Shown here in pieces: positions 1 through 10,800 of a stretch of DNA of 59,876 nucleotides. The notes below the pieces were generated by a model. It worked only from the letters and a program-made list of their open reading frames with translations, did no database searches and was not told the DNA's origin. The position numbers and the translations under genes were made by a program. Origin of the DNA: Octopus bimaculoides (Eukaryota). Each line of letters starts with the position of its first letter. The first letter of the stretch is position 1. The DNA is taken from assembly GCF_001194135.2 (NCBI RefSeq), contig NC_068985.1, positions 7,375,249 to 7,435,124 on the forward strand, written 5' to 3'.

Positions 1-341
1 CGTTTATAGCAACTGCGTTCGTGTCACTGCATGAGCACGCGCTATTCTGTTCTTTTTTCTCTTCTGGCATCTGAAGCCTCGGGAAATGCTTGTCAAAAGA
101 ACAAGACAAGCGTTCCAAAATTATGTTTCTCGACATTTTTCAAATGTCAAGAAGGAAATTTTTGTATTTTGCTAGGGCCGAAACTGCCCCTGGGGGTCAA
201 TTCCTGCCCTTGAAAATACACACAAATGAAGCCTAGGTGCTTCGCAACAAAATTATTAAAAAATTCCAACAAAATGTGGACAGTAAAAGGTCAAATAAAC
301 GTTTACCTTCGCAGCCGATGTGACAGCACGTCCGTGAGAAG

Positions 342-376
<35 letters not shown>

Positions 377-390
377 CAGATGATTGATTG
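342..390. repeat. (GATA)n microsatellite grading into (GATT)n
   Basis: Direct reading of tandem gata units from 342. Confidence 0.95.
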
Positions 391-1559
391 ATAAATGGGT
401 GTTGAAATCACTTGTGTAGATATAGATCTGCAAATCATGTGTAATACAAAACCTTGAAGGTATTTGATATTGATTTCGTTTAATGCCTTGCATCATAAAT
501 TTTAAGTTTAATTAACAGATATCCTATATTTGCAAGAAGGAAAGATAACATTTTACAAATTCGACAGTTATCTAACGCTATTAACTACTGCTAAAACCAT
601 TTACTTCTCTGAATGCTTGTCTTTCTAAAGGCGCAGATTTGATTAAGCATTTGTGTTTTCGCCTTTTAATTCGTTTTATTTTGCCAGTCTTTTTTTCATT
701 CAGCATTAAAATTTTCGAATTTTCTCGATCAATATCGCTCTAATGATTTAACAGTTTAAATTAAAAACGACGACTGAATAGGAATCACATGTTCATCGGA
801 TGTAGTTGGATTGAAAATCAATCGATAATGTTCACACAAAAGATGTCGTTAACAACAAAGAATCACGGAAACATAAATATAATTCTTAACCATGTATCAT
901 TATTCGCTTCACACACGCAAAAACTGACAGATACAGAAAGAGAATCGCAGAGAGAAAGTGAAAGTTAAAGTGAGAGGCACATGATTATCCCCCCCTTAAA
1001 CAATGTTATCTTGCTGGACTTCACACTGAGTATCAGCAATTCTTCATCGCACATTTCTTATTTTGAGATTAAGCATTGCAAGAGAAAAATGTGATTGATC
1101 AAAATGGCGAATTTCTTCGAGGTTCTCTTTTCTAATCTGTTTTGATTGATTTGTTCCGTGGTCATCTTGGTGTGTCTTGGATTGTTATTACATACCCAAG
1201 TGACATAGTACTACTCCATAACCCTGTGATATAGTGTTATTCCATATCCACGTGCTGTAATGGTGAGGAATATTCGATAAGCGTTGCATTCGACAGATTA
1301 ATTTAAACACAAAAGGCTTACCTGTTTATCATTTAAACCAACCATATACGGCAGAGATATTCTACTTGTTTTATCCTAAAACCACCCAGATCTGACCTTT
1401 TAACCTAACCTACAATGTGATTCTACAAATAAACAATCTCATCATTGAAATCTCGAAGCTACGATGTAATGCATGACTTATTCAAAACAATGTGATTAAA
1501 CAAGCACTACACTCGACAGTTTATTTAATTTGAACGCTTTGAAGCTAGTATGTACCTTT

Positions 1560-1790
1560 TAAGCAACTGATCCCGAATGGGAAGATCTGCAAACAGATCT
1601 CTGACTTATTTTGGAGAATTTACTGCAATTGCTTCCTCCAGAGTCATATCCTAATGATGATCATACCTGTCGCTAAAAATCATGTACAGAAAATCGCCGA
1701 AAACAATCATAGTAATGAAAACATAGGAATCCAAAATTTCACCATTGCAGGACCGGGCCCGGAATGTTATGTTTTTAATTTACTCACGCA
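1560..1790 (-). mobile_element. Possible decayed Helitron Rep/helicase coding remnant
   Basis: The minus strand translates to HNIPGP and, further on, YDHH*DMTLEEAIAVNSPK*VRDLFA. This resembles the Helitron LLH..PGP.SF and HW..TL.EA....P..LR.LFA segments as I recall them. It is stop-ridden and not confirmed by search. Confidence 0.4.
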
Positions 1791-2369
1791 GTCGGCCTGA
1801 TTCCAAAATGGTATGATATGTTGGGCTACGACCTCTAGGAGTAAAGTTGAAAAATCGTGACACACTGACATCCATCTATCTCTCTAATTCTCTTTTTCTC
1901 CCTCTCACCGTTCTCTATATTATTATTTAATTAAACCCTATGCATCCTTTTAAATTTATCTTAACCTTTTTGATGCGACTCTACACTGTTTTCTCCCCTA
2001 TTCTCACTAAATCCCTTTTTCTCCCTCTCACCGTTTTCTATCTGTCTTTCTCTCCCCTCTTTCTTTTTTCTCTCTCTCTCGTTGCTCACACGTGATCATC
2101 GTCCATCTGTCTTTTCCTCACGTAACCATCTTTCTTTCCTGCACGGACTTTCTAAGGACTGGACGTCTCCTATCTCTTACTTCTACCTTTTCTCTTTTCA
2201 AATAAAATATTTCTCCCAGCGTTCACTATTTTCCCCTCGTTCAGGTCTAATGACCCACCATATTTGTTTTCGTTCAGGTTTCCCTGCATGTCTCCACTGT
2301 CCTGTTTTTGTTCCTAACTTTGACCCTCCATAAATCCAAAATTTTATTTTGGTATTTATAGGAGCAATT

Positions 2370-2551
2370 TTCTTCGATGACTCATATTGTCATTGATTGC
2401 TCGAAATGGGGAGTAGTTAGAGAGCTGACAACTGATGAAGGGTCATTCTTTATATTACTTTCCCTTTTTTCTCTCGTTATTTGCGTATTTAACTCATTTG
2501 TTTTCGTATTTCATGTCGTTTACTGTGTTGGTGGCGTCCTGTACCCATATA

Positions 2552-2555
<4 letters not shown>
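2370..2555 (+). repeat. Interspersed repeat, copy 1 (Penelope-terminal-like, unclassified)
   Basis: Aligns by eye with 30190-30435: ggagcaa...tcgaaat...caactgatgaagggtc(a/g)ttctttat...cgtcctgt(a/g)ccca(t/c)atatgcatata. Confidence 0.55.
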
Positions 2556-2585
<30 letters not shown>

Positions 2586-2767
2586 NNNNNNNNNNNNNNN
2601 NNNNNNNNNNNNNNNNNNNNNNNNNNNNNNNNNNNNNNNNNNNNNNNNNNNNNNNNNNNNNNNNNNNNNNNNNNNNNNNNNNNNNNNNNNNNNNNNNNNN
2701 NNNNNNNNNNNNNNNNNNNNNNNNNNNNNNNNNNNNNNNNNNNNNNNNNNNNNNNNNNNNNNNNNNN

Positions 2768-2818
<51 letters not shown>
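2556..2818. repeat. (AT)n - assembly gap (2586-2767) - (GT)n
   Basis: Direct reading. Confidence 0.95.
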
Positions 2819-2821
<3 letters not shown>

Positions 2822-3336
2822 TATGTACAATCTGTCTATTTCCCACTGAAGAGGCAGAGTATATTCTTATGCAAAGCCAGAAATCTAGATCTGGGATTAT
2901 CCAATAATTTTTTACTAGTTTATTTGTCTTTTTGTCTTTTCTCCATGGTGCTGTATGAATACTTGATGTGGTTTTAGAATCAAGTTTTGACTGCTATGTC
3001 TAGCATCGTGGTATCTTTTAGATACCCATAATTATAATCTTAAAAGTAATTATTACCTATAAGGTTTTTATTCCCATGCTGGCCACTTGATGTGATCGGT
3101 ATTTTAAATAACGATCTCATCCTTATTTGTATAAATATATATATATATTATTTATATTATTATTATATATGTGTGTGTGTATGTATATGCATATATGTAC
3201 ATATATATATGCATGTATGTATGTGTTAAAGAAAGCAAAAACAAAACAAAAATAATAGTGTTAAGTTGTTGGTTCAGCATACTGACCACAAGAATTTCTG
3301 TCCATAGAAGTTGTACATCTCCCTCTTTCTCTTACA

Positions 3337-3340
<4 letters not shown>

Positions 3341-3420
<80 letters not shown>

Positions 3421-3740
3421 TCGCTACCGCCCTCACCGTCTCTATGCCTTCTATTACTCTCACCCCAGCACGAGGAAGTGTCATTGACTAGTGAGAGAGA
3501 GGGTCAAAGTATGACACACTGAAACACGGAAATTAGTTTTCGCATTTATTATATTAGATATATACACACACATTGTATGTATGTATGCATGTATAGATGT
3601 ATGTATTATGCATGCATGCATGTATGCATGAATATATGTATGTATGCATGCATGCATGCATGTATGTATGTATGTATGTATGCATGTATGTATGTATGCA
3701 TGTATGTATGTATGTATGTATGTATGTATGTATGTATGTA
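3341..3740. repeat. (CT)n tract (3341-3417) and compound (ATGT/ATGC)n tract (3575-3740)
   Basis: Direct reading. Confidence 0.9.
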
Positions 3741-4205
3741 TTGGTTTTTAAAATAGAATCTCAACACCACAGTAGCAAATATGTTACACAGAGAATATCA
3801 GAAAAACTGTAATCGGCTCAAAGATAACAGATATGCAGAAAACAGCAGCAGTCAGATAATAAAATAATTTAGTCTCTGGAAAACAAGATTTATAATGGTG
3901 AATACTAAAAGAAATGTTAATATAGAACAAAAGAATTTTCCAAACACTGCACTATGTCACTGGCCATTCATACACTTAATTGCCAAATGTCCCTAAACTT
4001 CTAGTTATCAATAGGAGCCATGCTGTGATGCACTTCGTCATTGGAATCGGACGAATCATTATTTATGCATATTGTTTGAGTATGTCGTTAGCCTGAGGGG
4101 CCGAGTTCACATATTATAATGAGTGCTGCTTCAAGAGGTTGGCTTGAATTTATTTCAAGTAAGAAATGAAACTGAAATTTCAGTTGTTTACATGAGCCAG
4201 AAAAT

Positions 4206-4208
<3 letters not shown>

Positions 4209-4268
<60 letters not shown>
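4209..4268. repeat. (GA)n microsatellite
   Basis: Direct reading. Confidence 0.95.
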
Positions 4269-4274
<6 letters not shown>

Positions 4275-4910
4275 ATTTACAATGAAAAGACGATTGCCAA
4301 ATGTTTCCTCATCTAATTTGTTAAGATTTACGGTCAACAATATTAAAAATGAATCTAAGAAAAATATTTAATTGTACACTGTTACAAGAATTTCTTTTAT
4401 GTTTAATGAACAGTGATGGTCATGAAGGGACGAGGAGCATAAAATGTGAGCAAAAAGGATAGACCTTGCATTAAGTAACACCATTTTTCAAATGAATTGC
4501 TTGTAGAAAGTGACAGAATTATATATATATATATAAAATATCACCTAATGATATTATATTTCTATCTATGAGCTACAGATGGAGATAGCTCTCAAGTTAT
4601 GGATATGTTCTATCCTATCACAATAAGCTAATTTAAGACCAGAACAAAGAAAATACGGAAATAGCCTGTCGGAACTAATTTCTGCAGAAAAAGTAATTAA
4701 ATGAACACATGAGAAAAACAGAAAAATTCAGCTGACAAACATTATTACGTTCATTACAAAAATAATTTGAAGTTATTTTGTTAGGAGAAAAAAAATGTGA
4801 GATTAATAAAGACTGCAAACGCAACTGATATTTACCAAACTTTTGGAGAACAATAAGAAATCTTTTTTTGTCTGGGAATAAACCAGAAAATTACTATTTT
4901 CAGATATTTA

Positions 4911-4953
<43 letters not shown>

Positions 4954-5956
4954 AGAAATTAATCCTCTCGGTCAATTTGTTCTTTTTTTTTTTTGCAGTA
5001 AATAAAAGTAAATATATATTATTTTCAATTTTCAATTTGCTGTGAACAATTCAAAAATAAACCAGATTTGCTCTGGGCAACTCATATATCAATATTAACA
5101 TATTTTAATTGTGATATGTAATCACACGCAGCTGTTTGCTATTCTGAATGTTGCAAGCGGATAGTATTTTCTTGTATAGTGCTTCCATCCAATTCCTTGA
5201 CTACAATGTTCATCTTTTCCCTCTACAACTTACTTAACACCTGTGATAGAGCTACGAAGATTTCAGGTATTCAGTTGGTTCACCTCTTTTCTTTCCGTCT
5301 GTTATTTATCGCTGATTAATATATTTGTCTTGCTTTTCCCTTTTTTCTATTTATATTTTTCATTTGCACTTTTTTGTTTGCATTTTACAACACGACATGA
5401 TTAAATTAAACAGAATACCGTATATGCTAAGCAGATAAATATTTAAAATATACAAACATATATACAGTTTTTGAAAATTAATTTCGATTTACTAAAGGCA
5501 GTTTCGGCTTGAAGCCGATTAGAAATAATATTTTGTGAGCTTTGTAAAGTCTTATTCAGATATCGTTATGATCGTGAATCAAGTGAAATCCTAACTTAAG
5601 ATTAGAACCGAGTTAAATATTCGGATCAAGCAAGGCAATCACATTCTACTATGTTCGCCAAATCAGTTGCTGAAAATTAATTATTAGTGACAACGGCCGC
5701 TTAAAATACTTATAAGGTACTTATAATAGATTCCAGAGTCGTCCTCTATGGCTCACTACGTTGTCTAATGGTGCCATAGTTGCGATCCTTGTCGGAGCTA
5801 ATGTCAGTTTATATATCTCTCAGACATGACCTGAAAGGTGAACCAACAGTATTTCGGTCTTCTTCCATAGCTATATATTCATTCGGTTTATTTTTGACCT
5901 ATCACTTCTCGTTGTTTTAATCTATCGAATAGGTAATGACAATGTGTAACCATAAA

Positions 5957-6556
5957 GGGATCTTTTTTAAAACGGGGGCCACATTTTTCATTAATGTTTT
6001 ACGTAGTGTTTTTGGTACGGAAAGACTTTCAAACTTCGTATACTTATCTATTTTGTGTTATAGAACACAAAAATATTTTTGTATTCAAATTTATTTCATG
6101 TAAAAAATTGTCTTATTTCGATAATTTCAACCAATCACTGACAAGTATTCAGTTGTTTACATTTACTCCTTTGGCTCATTAAGCGATGTAAAGCGTATTT
6201 AATCTCCATACCTTCGTTTTATTTGCTTTTTTCATTTTAAATTTGCTTTAACCCTAACCCTAACCCTAACCCTAACCCTACGGTTAGGGTTAGGGTTAGA
6301 GTTAGGGTTAGGGTTAATTGTTTCAGAATCGTTTGTTTATGTAGTCGGCACTTAATGTATATCGGCTGAATGGACGTCAATGATTGGTTGAAATTACAGA
6401 AATACGACAACTTTAACATGGAATAACTTATGGATTTCTTTTTTTTTTAAGAAGACTAAGAGAAAAAGATGTTTTATATGACACATTCTACCAGTGTTCC
6501 AAGTTTCAAAGTGTTTCGTTAATGAAAAATGTGGCCCCCGTTTTAAAAAAGATCCC
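5957..6556. mobile_element. Non-autonomous DNA transposon (MITE) with 38-bp perfect TIRs, 6-bp TSD and a central inverted telomeric array
   Basis: 5957-5994 (gggatcttttttaaaacgggggccacatttttcattaa) is the exact reverse complement of 6519-6556. cataaa is duplicated at 5951-5956 and 6557-6562. There are inner imperfect inverted repeats at ~6091-6155 / ~6362-6427. Confidence 0.9.
6249..6317. repeat. Interstitial telomere-like array (TAACCC)5-tac-(GGGTTA)~5, self-complementary
   Basis: Direct reading; one ttagag variant unit. Confidence 0.9.
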
Positions 6557-6648
6557 CATAAAGAAATATAGTTATACAAAGTGTATCTATAAATAAAATA
6601 CTCTTGTTTAGTGTTTCATCTTTGGAATTCTAACGTAGGCCCAACATT

Positions 6649-6816
6649 CTAATCCTTTCCACTATAGGCACAAGGCCTGAAATTTAGGGGAGGGGGATGG
6701 TCGATTACATCGACCCCACTACTCAACTGGTACTTAATTTATCGACCCCGAAAGGATAAAAGGTAAAGTCGACCGCGGTGGAATTCGAACTCAGAACGTA
6801 GCAGCAGACGAAATAC
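6649..6816 (-). mobile_element. SINE group A, 5'-truncated, tail type 1
   Basis: Matches the reverse complement of the copies at 42613-42830 and 50176-50390 (gtatttcgtc...gttctgagttcgaattcc...gtcgataaattaagtaccag...aaatttcaggccttgtgcctatagt). Confidence 0.9.
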
Positions 6817-6825
6817 ATATATATA

Positions 6826-7150
6826 TGAAAGCAGTGTGGGCACAAACTTGGCAGACACGCGTCTCACACCCAAATCTTCAGTAATAATGGACTGAAGTGA
6901 ATCGTAATTAATCTGCACATCCTGTAACTAATTTGTACACACACATGCGATGTTTTTTCTCAGTTCTGCTGGCTGTGGGTCTCCCAGAACGTACCTCAAT
7001 ATCGACATTTTATAGGCCATCTTGGAAATGTCAGAACCACTCGTACACTTCCGAGCGGCTCATACACTTCTCTCCGTATACTTTCTACAACTTTGCACAA
7101 GTCTCTGAGCAGGTATCGCCATGACAACTTTTTCTTTTATGGTCAACAAG
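6826..7150 (-). mobile_element. mariner transposase N-terminal (HTH) fragment, decayed
   Basis: The minus strand reads KVYGEKCMSRSEVYEWF*HFQDG...RSGRP and SIITEDLGVRRVSAKFVPTL, a mariner HTH plus WVPHEL-like motif, with stops and frameshifts. Confidence 0.8.
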
Positions 7151-7321
7151 ACGATCACACGCTACACACCTTCCTTCCAAACATTACTGTAAAAAGTAAA
7201 AGCAATCTAGAACGTTAAATCTTAGTGGGCATGTACGGCAGTGTTCAAGGTCAATTTGTGCCAAGCAGCTTTACTTTGCGTGCTTTAGCTTCGTTACTAT
7301 GGCAACAGTACGGATACTTAT

Positions 7322-7552
7322 TTCTTTATTGCCCACAAGGGGCTAAACACAGGGGGGGACAAACAAGGACAGACAAACGGATTAAGTCGATTACATCGAC
7401 TCCAGTGCGTAACTGGTACTTAATTTATCGACCCCGAAAGGATGAAAGGCAAAGTCGACCTCGGCGGAATTTGAACTCAATACGTGAAGACAGACGAAAT
7501 ACCACTAAGCATTTCGCCCGGTGTGCTAACGTTTCTGCCAGCTCACCACCTT
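7322..7552 (-). mobile_element. SINE group A, full length, tail type 2, 19-bp TSD
   Basis: Has A-box-like tggcagaaacg and B-box-like gagttcaaattcc. The tail ends tgtgtttagccccttgtgggcaataaagaaa. aacagtacggatacttatt is duplicated at 7304-7322 and 7553-7571. Confidence 0.92.
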
Positions 7553-7578
7553 AACAGTACGGATACTTATTGATCAAA

Positions 7579-7612
7579 CCACACACACACACACACGCAC
7601 GCACGCACACAT

Positions 7613-7676
<64 letters not shown>
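7579..7676. repeat. Compound (CA)n/(TA)n microsatellite
   Basis: Direct reading. Confidence 0.9.
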
Positions 7677-7677
<1 letters not shown>

Positions 7678-8439
7678 ACCATACAAGCCTTAAAATCTAG
7701 GCGTTGTGCAACGTTATCAGTGACCCGGTCATTGTTTAGAGTAACTAATATTTTGACCTCATGCTACTAATAATAAACGCTTGAGAGAAGTGAGCAGTTC
7801 TTGTGCTGTAGTTTCAGCACACCACGATCTCAGATGAAAACACTTGCCGAGCAACTATATCTCCGTAATATCCATATACAAAGACAGGAAAATAGTGACA
7901 ACCAGAATGGGGAAAGAAAAGCAGAATAAGTTGGGATTAATGATTAAAACATGGAAACAAACGGATAACTAAAACCCCAGACCTTGTAAATACACACAAC
8001 ATACAGTAAATAAAATACTAGAAAATTAAAAATAATCCAAGAAGTGTGTAACATTTGAGGTAAATCATTGCGTGATATGCCAGTGGTTCTGGGTGAAAAC
8101 TGAGAAATTTATATCACCCGATATATGACAATGACATGAGATAATAATCAGAGATATCTATGTCCAGTTTGACAAAGTAATCAGGACAAATTATAAAGAT
8201 ATCATTGTCATAGGTATGAATGAGAATCTATGTACTCAGACAGGTATCATTTTTTGATATAAATAAAAAAAAAATAGAGAGAGAATGAATGTTAAAATGG
8301 GTGCAACAATAACCGGTGCATTCTGTATGATAAACAACATTAAAAACAATTAAAACATATGAAGAGATAACTTAACATATTCTCCATAGAATAAAAAATG
8401 CAAGACACAATCGTTGAATGAGAAATTCAACGGAGACTC

Positions 8440-8824
8440 GTGGTACTCCGTCGGTTGCGACGTCGAGGGTTCCAGTTCATCCGATCAACGGAACAGCCTT
8501 CTCGTGGAATTAACGTGCGAGTGGCTGAGCACTCCACAGACACGTGTACCCTTAACGTAGTTCTCGGGGAGATTCGGCGTGACACAGAGTGTGACAAGGC
8601 TGGCCCTTTGAATTACAGGCACAACAGAAACAGGAAGTAAGAGCGAGAGAAAGTTGTAGTGAAAGAGTACAGCAGGGTTCGCTACCACCTCCTGCCGGAG
8701 CTTCGTGGAGCCATAGATGTTTTCGCTCAATAAACGTTCACAACGCCCAGTCTGGGAATCAAATCGAAACCGCGATCGTACGATTGCGAGTCCGCTGCCC
8801 TAACCACTGGGCCATTTCACCTCC
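8440..8824 (-). mobile_element. SINE group B (head type B1), full length
   Basis: Near-identical to the reverse complement of 9468-9856 and co-linear with 57911-58293. tRNA-like head with A and B boxes at the 8824 end. Confidence 0.92.
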
Positions 8825-9467
8825 TCCAACGCAAACTACTATGAGTTCAAGAGAACTATTCAGACGAAACTTTATTCTGCATATACCATGTCACAAACTA
8901 CAACATATCTCACATGTGTATATGCCATATAGTGACCCTCCATTACGATAACAGTACTCACACAAGATTTTCACAACACAACAGACGTCTAGCGAAACCT
9001 ACCCGACGCATTCTCTACACTCATTACGTAAGTAAATAATGCTTTCCACCCATATTATGATCTGGCAGTTACTACCAGATACTAAAACACGGTTCACACG
9101 ACACATCCCAATAGCATAATGTTACTGATAAAGTATATTCCGCGCAATAAATGGATAAAACCTTAAAATAACATCAGGAACAACAATTAAAACTCTGTAA
9201 GAATGCAGACTATGTAGAATATACGAACAGGAATTCCTCCCGCAAAACACACATTTCAGAAATACCATTCGTCACCATGTGGGAAGCAAATAATCCATTG
9301 ACTCTCATTCTCATAGTTCCTGTGAAATAATAGTCTTTAAGGCACAACAAAACACCGTTATTTAGCCTTATCCTTTTCTACCGATCTTTCAATGTAATTT
9401 GATCATCACTAAAGTTCATAGCATAATTTAACTCAAATGTTTATCCCTGAAATATGGTTCTGTATGT

Positions 9468-9856
9468 GTGGAGGCGCAATGGCACAGTGGTTAGGGCAGC
9501 GGACTCGCAGTCATAGGATCGCGATTTCGATTCCCAGACTGGGCGTTGTGAGTGTTTATTGAGCGAAAACACCTAAAGCTCCACCAGGCTCCGGCAGGTG
9601 GTGGTGGCGAACCCTGCTGTACTCTTCCACCACAACTTTCTCTCACTCTTTCTTCCTGTTTCTGTTGTACATGTACTTCAAAGGGCCAGCCTTGTCACAC
9701 TCTGTGTCACGCTGAATATCCCCGAGAACTACGTTAAGGGTACACGTGTCTGTGGAGTGCTCAGCCACTTGCACGTTAATTTCACGAGCAGGCTGTTCCA
9801 TTGATCCGATCAACTGGAACCCTCGACGTCGTAAGCGACGGAATGCCAACAACAAC
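9468..9856 (+). mobile_element. SINE group B (head type B1), full length, 14-bp TSD
   Basis: A box tggcacagtgg, B box gatttcgattccc, and an (aac)n tail. The TSD is atggtt(c/a)tgtatgt at 9454-9467 and 9857-9870 (one mismatch). Confidence 0.92.
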
Positions 9857-10684
9857 ATGGTTATGTATGTATTCCTATAATGTTGTTTTTACAGATTTTC
9901 ACGAGGTTTAGCGGACCATGTGCAGCTACGTTTTCTCAGTCATCCCAGAATAGACACGGAATAAAGACTCAGTTTGAAATCGAACCTCAGGTTATGTGGT
10001 TTTCTCTCTTTTTTTTTTTCCTTTTTCTTGTATACCAGCGAAACTTGTTAATTCACTGTAAAATATTCATCACTTGAATCAATCAATGAAAATTAGAAAG
10101 TACAAGATGTTTTACTTTACATACACTGACAACATCTCAGACAGCGAAACCGAGAAGCTTCTATATTGACTGTCGATTTCTTCATGATGTTCATTATGAA
10201 ACTTCCAAGAATATTCTCTCCTAATTGATAAAACTTCTCTTCAAAAGGAAAATTTAATTTGCATCCTAGTCTTAAGTTATTTCTGAAGTCTAGCTTCTCG
10301 TTTTCTGTAATCTTTATGCAACTATTTAACTTTTATGCCGACGCTGTGTCAACGACTAAACCAAATAACTGGAGCTAAATACTAGTCTGTACAAAATAAA
10401 GCAATGAATATATGTGAAATAATGTGAAGCTATTTCATTAGTTAAGCTATTATATTTCATATTTTGTTTGCCATAGAATGATTTACTTGAATACTAAATG
10501 TTCACTTCAGGGACAAAATTCATTTTTTTCATTTTCATAATGACGAAAATGACGTTAAAATTCGAGAGAACTTTAGAATAATTCTTGATCATTTTATATC
10601 TGAAACGATTCGAAATTTTAAATTATCAAGAGGTAATATTTATCCCCACTTAAACATGGATGTTCTATAAAAACAAACAATGCA

Positions 10685-10800
10685 GCGATATTGGCTATTG
10701 GTGCTAAATGAGAGAAACACTCATATTGACTATTGGTGCAAACTGCATTCTTCTTTATATCGCTTCGATGGTCTCGCCGCTGAAGATGGCGGGGCTGTAT
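10685..10800 (+). promoter_or_regulatory. Candidate Pol II promoter-like motif cluster (3x ATTGG plus YY1-like AAGATGGCGG)
   Basis: ATTGG at 10690, 10697 and 10732; ctattggtgc is repeated; AAGATGGCGG at 10783-10792. Motif evidence only. Confidence 0.25.

Noticed and set aside
2377-2977. Long ORFs crossing N-gaps and microsatellites (also 19729-20197, 21808-22490, 58742-59869)
   Set aside because: They are open only because N and dinucleotide or trinucleotide repeats lack stop codons; there is no protein signal.
6249-6317. Telomere-fusion scar
   Set aside because: End-to-end fusions read (TTAGGG)n then (CCCTAA)n. This reads the opposite way and lies at the axis of a TIR element.
6964-7112. 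Apparent plus-strand exon (ttttttctcag ... CAG/gtatcg, two open frames)
   Set aside because: The minus strand is clearly a decayed mariner HTH region, so the splice-like ends are probably coincidental.
9468-9545. tRNA gene (also the heads at 8750-8824, 49790-49865, 52060-52125)
   Set aside because: A and B boxes are present, but they continue into SINE bodies and do not give a full cloverleaf with an acceptor stem.
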